From Sedimentisphaerales bacterium (GTDB lineage: Bacteria > Planctomycetota > Phycisphaerae > Sedimentisphaerales > SM23-30): DNA of 64,000 bases. Location of the stretch: assembly GCA_963666285.1 (NCBI GenBank), contig OY762714.1, one strand, 5' to 3'. The notes below the pieces were generated by a model, which was not told where the DNA came from, searched no databases, and saw only the letters and a program-made list of their open reading frames with translations. The position numbers were made by a program, and so were the translations under genes. Of this stretch, positions 57,549 through 64,000 are shown one piece after another (position 1 is the stretch's first letter; every line of letters begins with the position of its first letter).

Positions 57549-58571
57549 ATGGATAATCTAATAGTAACACAACCTGTTGCGGCATTAGCATTTGGAGTAT
57601 CTGCCAGAACAATGGCATACTGGTTAAAAGGGTGGGCAGCACCAGCAAAACTATATGATACCTCAATTGCAAAGGGTGCTTTAGTGGATGCTGCAAAGCT
57701 ATACAAATTGCTTTGTGAAAGGGATAGTAGAAAATGGCAATCCTTTGATTATCAAGAAGCAATTGCAAACGTACACGAAAGAACTGATGCCATTTCGACA
57801 CCCAACATCTCAAGTTCTGCAATTGCAGCAAAACAAGACAAATCATTGCAAAGTCAAGAAAAAAAAGAACTTACTGAAGATAACGCAATTATTGCAAGTA
57901 GGGTAGAGTCCCCCAAAAACAACGAAGTAACCCTGGAAACAATAGCAGAAATGCTACGTGAAACAGTACGCGACGTAAAGGTTGAACATAGTACTTTGAC
58001 TAAAACAACAGACCTGGCCCAAAAAAAGCATGCTGAAATTTCAGTATATCAGAAACGTATTGCTGACCTAGAAAAACAACTTGCAGAAGTTCCTATAAAT
58101 ACAAAAAAACTAGAAACATCACGTCGTAAATTAAATTATTATTATATTACAATAATAGCAATAATGCTGGCAGCAGTAGGGGGTTTGGGATGGTATGTTG
58201 ATAAAGAATGGTCTATTGATAGAATAGAATCAGAAGGTAGAGCGACAAAAATAGAGCAATTAATCCAAGATAACACCAAAGAAATAACACGCCTGGAAAA
58301 CGAAAAAGTTGCAGCAATAGAAGTTGAAAAGGAAAAACAACTTCTATTAGAAAGAGCAACTGGAGCAGAAAAAAAACAACTGCAATCAGAGCTATCTAAA
58401 ATAGCCTTAGAAAAATCCCAACTTACAAATGATATTAAGCAATTAAAAGAAAGAATTGATATAGCTGAATATGAAAATCTTCTCTTGCGTGAACAAATCA
58501 ATCAAGTTAAAATAGATAAATCGGATGGCAAGGATGCTGATCCGAACGGTAGTAACATGGATGGACAATGA
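57549..58571 (+). CDS. HTH + transmembrane + coiled-coil protein
   Basis: N-terminal HTH-like AALAFGVSARTMAYWLK; TM YYYITIIAIMLAAVGGLGWYV; long coiled coil; start at ATG 57549 after GGAGA. Confidence 0.65.
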   Translation: MDNLIVTQPVAALAFGVSARTMAYWLKGWAAPAKLYDTSIAKGALVDAAKLYKLLCERDSRKWQSFDYQEAIANVHERTDAISTPNISSSAIAAKQDKSLQSQEKKELTEDNAIIASRVESPKNNEVTLETIAEMLRETVRDVKVEHSTLTKTTDLAQKKHAEISVYQKRIADLEKQLAEVPINTKKLETSRRKLNYYYITIIAIMLAAVGGLGWYVDKEWSIDRIESEGRATKIEQLIQDNTKEITRLENEKVAAIEVEKEKQLLLERATGAEKKQLQSELSKIALEKSQLTNDIKQLKERIDIAEYENLLLREQINQVKIDKSDGKDADPNGSNMDGQ

Positions 58572-59899
58572 CCGAAAAGCATATACACAATTTTTGCGGG
58601 CGGGGGCCAACTAATCCTGCATATCTTAAGCTATGGCTGTCAATATTTCATAATGGATTTTTTGCCAAAGTAAGGCCTTCTGCATGGCGTATTTATTGTC
58701 GCCTCTTATTCGAAGCTGATTATCAAACGCTCAAGTGCTGTATTGATCATCAAACATTATCAAATGACTGTGGTATAAGAAGACAAGGTATTCCTGAATT
58801 AATTCGTGAACTCCATATTCATCGCTTGCTCTCATTTCAAAGGCAAATCTCACGAGGGGGCAAAATGCCCAATATATATTATATTGCAGAGCCTCTTCAA
58901 AATGAAAAAGATGCACCTATGACAACATATACAGGGCAAGTAATAGCAGATGCTCCTGTTGAAATAACGGTAACACCTTCAAGAAAAGGTCCGGCTCATG
59001 TTAGGCTAAGCAGGGAACTGTTTGATACGGGATTTTTTAGTAATTTAGGCAAAAACCATTCAGCCTGGAAGTTATACTGTAGCCTTCTATTTAGAGCTGA
59101 CTTTGAAAATGGTTTTGCTTTTCCACAAATCACACAAATCATGGTCGATTGCGGAATGGCTCGCCAAACTGTTGTAGATTCGATAAAATACCTCGAAAAT
59201 GTTGGTTTAATTAAGGTTCAAAAACGTAAAACAAAGAAGGGACACATTGCAAATGGCTATTATATATGGCCAATTGCAGCAAAGATTTACAATGCCGAGT
59301 CTAAAAAACGGACATCTAAGAGTCTAAAAAACGGACATGGTGAAGTCCAAATATCGGACATCTGTACGTCTAAAAATCAGACATCCCTAAATGTCCGAAA
59401 AATAGACACTAACATTAATAACCAAATTAATACTACCACCTCTTTACCCAAGAAAAAAGGGGAGGGAGATTTTAATAGTACAAAGATCGAAGAATTGTTG
59501 ACAGAATTTTACACAGTCAACCCAGATCGTGAAAGCTTACCTCCGGATCAGGGAATGAACTGGCTTACAGCCAGGGTAAAACAATATGGATTTCCACTGG
59601 TCAAATATGTGACTACATCAGCAAAGTACAAAGATAAATTCACTACTAAATTGCTGGACGGCTGTATGCAGACCCAGCACTGGATGAACAGCCGGAGCCA
59701 GAATAAACAGTCGGAAGCTGTCTCGGAAATCATCGAACATCGGTCAGAACCTGAATTATCTATTGAGGAACGAATCGCCCAAAAGCGCAGACTTCTAACC
59801 AGCTATCAGATCAAGGCTGAACGAAATCCGGGCGGTCAAATGACCCAGCATGTAAATCGTTTGGAAAGAGAACTGGAAGAATTAGAGAATCTCACCTAG
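58568..59899 (+). CDS. Replication initiator-like protein with two tandem winged-HTH domains
   Basis: Duplicated SAW..YC.LLF.AD...D.G..RQ....I..L....L motif; iterons inside the gene; ATGA-coupled to the upstream gene. Confidence 0.7.
   Translation: MTEKHIHNFCGRGPTNPAYLKLWLSIFHNGFFAKVRPSAWRIYCRLLFEADYQTLKCCIDHQTLSNDCGIRRQGIPELIRELHIHRLLSFQRQISRGGKMPNIYYIAEPLQNEKDAPMTTYTGQVIADAPVEITVTPSRKGPAHVRLSRELFDTGFFSNLGKNHSAWKLYCSLLFRADFENGFAFPQITQIMVDCGMARQTVVDSIKYLENVGLIKVQKRKTKKGHIANGYYIWPIAAKIYNAESKKRTSKSLKNGHGEVQISDICTSKNQTSLNVRKIDTNINNQINTTTSLPKKKGEGDFNSTKIEELLTEFYTVNPDRESLPPDQGMNWLTARVKQYGFPLVKYVTTSAKYKDKFTTKLLDGCMQTQHWMNSRSQNKQSEAVSEIIEHRSEPELSIEERIAQKRRLLTSYQIKAERNPGGQMTQHVNRLERELEELENLT
59299..59409. 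repeat. Five iterons GTCY-N8-RGACA (putative origin)
   Basis: Copies start at 59299, 59322, 59345, 59368 and 59393 (spacing 23, 23, 23, 25), followed by an AT-rich tract. Confidence 0.8.
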
Positions 59900-59996
59900 C
59901 GGTGTAAGCGAGCAGGGGAGCTAAAGCCGTTGACTATATTTTGCAATTCTGTTTGAGAGTGTCGTTGTCCTGGAAGAAAAATATTTTTAGATGGGG

Positions 59997-60025
59997 TTGC
60001 TTCTTATAATTTCATGTGTTAGAAT
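59997..60025 (+). promoter_or_regulatory. Sigma70-type promoter
   Basis: TTGCTT-17 bp-TAGAAT with extended TGn. Confidence 0.5.
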
Positions 60026-60812
60026 TAAGTTAGTGGTTTGGAATTTTGGACCGCAAATTGGCAATAGAATATTATTGTGTTTATACACTAAATAAGTGAG
60101 ACACTCAATTTTGGCTGGTGTGGTTTTGTCTTTAATTTTTCCCTTCTGAATCCCGACCATAACATCATAAGGGCAAGATCATACCGGCTTTTTTTATTGC
60201 TGTTGAATAAACTACATCCAGATCAGCGAATGAATTACCCCAAGATTGGCAATGTCTTTTATTTAGCCCTTGGTTATGTCGGTTATTTTTCACCTTAACT
60301 TACATAAAACCGCTAAAATGGTCTATATCTCCCATGAAATAAAGCCCCAATCTGCAATTTGGAAAAGCCCTCCAATATCCAAAGTTGCACTATAGTCACA
60401 TTACCCGCTTTTATCTCTTTAATATCTTTTGCAATTATATGTGTTATAAAAAGTTATAACAATTCTGGGCAGCCCTGCATTTAGATATCAAAATGAAAAC
60501 AGGGCAAAAACGGTCAAAAGTACCGGAGAGTATTCTGTATATTTTCTAAGTTCTTTATTGGCAGCTACAAAAAATGGATATGCGCTGCGTTTATGCGCTA
60601 AAAGTATGTCCAAAACCTGCCCGGCATTTTACGAAACAGGCATAGTTTTGGGAACCGGCAGTCTAACTCCAGGAAATTTTATCGAAATGGAAAAATTAAA
60701 AATTTTTCGGATGAGGTTTGCCAGATCGCAGGTCGATCAGTTATACTTTGAGTAAGGGATTGATTTTTGTCATAAAAACTGTTTCGACTTTTGAATAAGG
60801 AGAAACAGATAG

Positions 60813-61142
60813 ATGACCAGGAAAACTACTGCATTTGTTCTTACTAAATTGGCTACCGGTCCGCAAACATCGAGGGAGCTTGCCAGAAATGCCGGTAAAA
60901 GTAACGACCAGGTTCGCCATGCGATCAGGCAGCTTCGTAACTGGGGCTGGAATATCCAGAGAAACAGCCGGTCAGCGGGATATCGGGATAAATATTATCT
61001 TGCGGATCCAGAGCAGATACAGGCGATTCTGAAGCTTCACATCATAGAACTGAACCGCCGAATAATACCAGCGCCCAAACCGCAGATAGAACAGGAAGAT
61101 GGATTTCAGTTAGAGCTGGCAGGGCAGGAGGTGCTGGTATGA
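60813..61142 (+). CDS. Winged-HTH protein (regulator or recombination directionality factor candidate)
   Basis: TSRELARNAGKSNDQVRHAIRQLR..G.NI; RBS AAGGAG; ATGA-coupled to the recombinase. Confidence 0.7.
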   Translation: MTRKTTAFVLTKLATGPQTSRELARNAGKSNDQVRHAIRQLRNWGWNIQRNSRSAGYRDKYYLADPEQIQAILKLHIIELNRRIIPAPKPQIEQEDGFQLELAGQEVLV

Positions 61143-62275
61143 GAGCAATGGCAATAGCACCGCCTACAGCGGCCATTCACCTGAAGCATGAAAAACGCAT
61201 CGACCGTCATATTCTTCGCTGGCATGAAAGAAAGCCTGGCCAAAAGAAGGCAATATATCGCTCTCATACATTACCGCCCGGAATCAGTCGGGAGCTGGCA
61301 GAGCAAATGCGCAGTGAGTTCAACTGTTCTACGACCGGAACCAATTGGGATAACTGGTGTAAGCTTGATATTAAATATCACAGCAGCAATGTTAAACTTG
61401 CCACGATTGAGAAGCTGAAATATGTCTATAAGGTCTTTACCAGGTTATGCCATCCGCTTTTTTTGAGGGATATTGATTATCGTATGCTTATGGAATATCG
61501 GGCATTGCGGATTGAGTCAGGATGTGAGCCAAATACTATCAATACCGATATGAGAGTCCTTAAAGCGGCATTTAACCGGGCTGTCGGTATGGGATATCTG
61601 GAAACTAACCCGGCAATTTCCAAATATGGCAAGAGTTCAGAGCTATTCAGCGATAAACCGGAATATACTGTCAGAATCATACCGCTGGGCCATTTTGTCA
61701 TGCTGATCGAGGCAGCGCCTACCTATGACCTGAAATATGCACTGGCAATTGGCTATTGGACCGGTCTTCGTCCGGGTGAGATATTGCGGGTAAATACCTA
61801 TGACATCGACTTATTACGAAGTATTCTCTCGGTTTCAAACAGTAGAAAACAGCCTACCAAATCAGACAGGAGCAGGGAAGTGATTTTCCCGGCTCAACTA
61901 GTTAAATACCTGGAACATCGTATGCAGACATATCCCAAAGGGCCGATAGTCCGTTCGATAGGTATGAAAGATGGTCTGTCACCCAGCCGAAATTCTAAAA
62001 ATCTGGGAGAGGCGTTCTGCCGGATATGCCGCAAGGCCGGTCTGGTCGATATTGACGGTAAGCATATATACACTATGCGGTCATTGCGTAAAAGCTGCAT
62101 AACCAGATGGATAAGAACCGGTCTGGCAGTTGATGAGGTAAAGGAAATGGCCGGTCACAGGGATATCAGTACCACACTGAAGTACTATACCGAAAATGTC
62201 ATTATCAGCGATGTAAAAGCAAAGATGGACCGGCTGACGGCAGGTATAATCGAAGATGATGGGATAGAGCTGTGA
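61139..62275 (+). CDS. Tyrosine recombinase/integrase
   Basis: TGLRPGE, TKS, RSLRK (HxLR variant), AGH.DISTT.KYY. Confidence 0.9.
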   Translation: MRAMAIAPPTAAIHLKHEKRIDRHILRWHERKPGQKKAIYRSHTLPPGISRELAEQMRSEFNCSTTGTNWDNWCKLDIKYHSSNVKLATIEKLKYVYKVFTRLCHPLFLRDIDYRMLMEYRALRIESGCEPNTINTDMRVLKAAFNRAVGMGYLETNPAISKYGKSSELFSDKPEYTVRIIPLGHFVMLIEAAPTYDLKYALAIGYWTGLRPGEILRVNTYDIDLLRSILSVSNSRKQPTKSDRSREVIFPAQLVKYLEHRMQTYPKGPIVRSIGMKDGLSPSRNSKNLGEAFCRICRKAGLVDIDGKHIYTMRSLRKSCITRWIRTGLAVDEVKEMAGHRDISTTLKYYTENVIISDVKAKMDRLTAGIIEDDGIEL

Positions 62276-62673
62276 ATAAGCACAGGGATGTCAAAACAGC
62301 TTTAGTTGATCTTTTTCATAGCAGTTTTGCAAAAGCATATCGTGATTGTAATGATGGCGAGCTGGCATTTATGCGGGCATATTCTGAATGTAAAGACAAG
62401 TTAGAGGATGTCCGTTCGTTTATGCTGGCAGAATATTACTGCCGGATGAAAGATTTGTTTGAGAAGTATCAACAGTCAGAAGGGCAGCCGAAAGTGGAGC
62501 TGGCAAAAAAGATTGTACGTTATGCCAGATTGATATGTCTTGAAAGACCGATTTCCAGACCGGCTGTTGAAGAAAATATCAGTGAGATCAGGGCGTTTTT
62601 ACGAGTTTCGGTTCACGCGCGTGAAACGAAAGGCCGTTCAGTTCACGCGCGTGAAACGAAGGTTGCCAACTGA
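62272..62673 (+). CDS. Hypothetical protein
   Basis: GTGA overlap with the recombinase stop; C-terminus built from a duplicated palindrome. Confidence 0.45.
   Translation: MNKHRDVKTALVDLFHSSFAKAYRDCNDGELAFMRAYSECKDKLEDVRSFMLAEYYCRMKDLFEKYQQSEGQPKVELAKKIVRYARLICLERPISRPAVEENISEIRAFLRVSVHARETKGRSVHARETKVAN
62606..62660. repeat. Two copies of the palindrome TTCACGCGCGTGAA, 30 bp apart
   Basis: gttcacgcgcgtgaaacgaa at 62611-62630 and 62641-62660. Confidence 0.85.
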
Positions 62674-62793
62674 AAAAAAGTGTTGTATGGTTCAATTGTA
62701 TCGACACACAAAGTGTGTTTTATCCTGGCAGGGCCAAGAGCAAAGTTGTCCTGCAAAGGAAAGAGAATTACGAAACAATTGGAGAACCTTGCA

Positions 62794-63351
62794 ATGCCTT
62801 ATACAGATACACTTGTCAGCGACTTCAAAAATCTGTTGACCGCTTCCGATCAGAAGCTGAAACTCACGAACTACAGTCCTACAGATGATAATGCAATTGC
62901 ACCTGGCGCATTAGAGCTTTCATCTCAACTGGAAGTTGAACCGCAGATAGCTAATGACAGCGGCGCTAACCGAGTGTCAATCCAGGCTTTTGGTTTGCTG
63001 TCTGATAGTGTATCTGAATCTGAGGTTCCCGATAACAGCTTTAATGTGACCTTGTACGGTCGCAGCAGCGGTGGTGGTCTTATCCCATTACTCGAAGTGA
63101 AATTCACGCTGGGAACCGCTAAGGTCGGTTCAGTGGATGATAAAATCTGGTATGCCTGTAATAAGGTCGAGATCATCAAAAAATACTGTTCCCGCCTGAT
63201 CGAGATCAACGGTCAGACAGAGACAGGCGAGGTTATGGCAGGTGCCAGGGTGGATATCTCCTTTGATTTGCAGGGTGTTCAGCAGATATATCCAGAGTTC
63301 CAATTGAATGATAATACCGCAGATGCGAAATTACTTCGCCGTCTATGGTAA
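62794..63351 (+). CDS. Hypothetical, possibly virion, protein
   Basis: Start re-assigned to ATG 62794 (RBS GGAGA); beta-rich; upstream of the portal. Confidence 0.5.
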   Translation: MPYTDTLVSDFKNLLTASDQKLKLTNYSPTDDNAIAPGALELSSQLEVEPQIANDSGANRVSIQAFGLLSDSVSESEVPDNSFNVTLYGRSSGGGLIPLLEVKFTLGTAKVGSVDDKIWYACNKVEIIKKYCSRLIEINGQTETGEVMAGARVDISFDLQGVQQIYPEFQLNDNTADAKLLRRLW

Positions 63352-63601
63352 TGATATACAAGGTGTATGCGGTCCGGCAGGTTGTAAGCAGGTCGTCAAA
63401 TTCCGAACAATATACGGATAATGCAAACAGCAAAAGACCCGCCTGCCGGACCCAACAACACCTTAATTTTAGAGCATGGGTAACAGGGAAAAGAGAATAA
63501 GCAAGGGAAGGAGCTTTTGTGCGATCTGACCGGTACTAAGTGCCAGCCGTAAAGCCTTGACGCTAGGGGGCCGCCGGTCAGGTTGCCAAGAGCAACATTT
63601 A

Positions 63602-64000
63602 ATGAGAATCAAGAAGGTCATAGAGAATTTAGCAAAACTGCCAAAGAACATGCTCAAATCGGCAGTTGACAAGACCGTATCAGCTACAAATCATCCATAT
63701 CGAGAAAATGAAGATCTTAACCGTATGCTGGATGAACTGATTTGCAGCGGTCAGGCCGGTTCCAAGCGATTCATAGAGATGGGCCGGGATGCACTTCGCT
63801 ATATCTACGGCGATCAGCACTTCAATAAACCACTTCCCAAAGATAAAAAGAAACGCCGTCGGGAACCTGTTCTCAATCAAATCTACGGCGATATGACTCA
63901 AGAAATAGCACTTCTTACCAGTAATAACCCTACAATAACAACTCAAGCCTGGGAAGGGACAGACCCGGAAGTTGCAGACAAATGTGGTAGAGTTCTGCGC
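63602..64000 (+). CDS. Portal protein, N-terminal part (runs off the window)
   Basis: Open frame MRIKKV...YIYGDQH...VLNQIY....IALLTSNNP......EGTDPEVA, matching the P22-like portal N-terminal pattern. Confidence 0.7.
   Translation, partial: MRIKKVIENLAKLPKNMLKSAVDKTVSATNHPYRENEDLNRMLDELICSGQAGSKRFIEMGRDALRYIYGDQHFNKPLPKDKKKRRREPVLNQIYGDMTQEIALLTSNNPTITTQAWEGTDPEVADKCGRVLR

Noticed and set aside
59299..59409. Regularly spaced repeats as a CRISPR array
   Set aside because: Spacers are only 6-8 bp, the array lies within a coding gene, and there are no cas genes; iterons fit better
60296..60323. XerD-like arm TTATGTAAGTT on the minus strand
   Set aside because: No convincing XerC arm at 6-bp spacing
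63520..63590. Self-cleaving ribozyme before the portal gene
   Set aside because: A closing stem is present, but I could not find hammerhead, twister or pistol core motifs
1..64000. tRNA, rRNA or tmRNA genes
   Set aside because: None recognised by eye; tRNAscan/Infernal would be needed to exclude them

Overview
The window is best read as most of one ~66 kb podovirus-like temperate phage or phage-plasmid, probably of a Phycisphaerae-type planctomycete host (inferred from the style of the cargo proteins). It starts with scaffold and capsid genes and ends inside a portal gene, so it is either a circularly permuted replicon or two neighbouring related prophages. 1-33.1 kb (+): virion genes, a TerL-TerS-C5 methyltransferase block, ejection proteins and a 4905-aa DarB-like polyvalent protein. 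33.2-47.5 kb (+): an AT-rich cargo of six PEP-CTERM genes and two large secreted proteins, interrupted by an IS110 element. The predicted bridge RNA of that element carries guides matching the Shine-Dalgarno sequence and start codon at its insertion site. 47.6-57.3 kb (-): early and replication genes (YhcG-like nuclease, DnaB, PAPS-reductase family, radical SAM, HTH initiator), a dif-like site and a small membrane peptide. 57.3-64 kb (+): a TGCAA repeat array, an HTH/TM/coiled-coil protein, a second initiator with iterons, a tyrosine recombinase and the start of the late operon. Two overprinted genes are supported. All calls come from reading motifs by eye; no database searches or folding programs were run.
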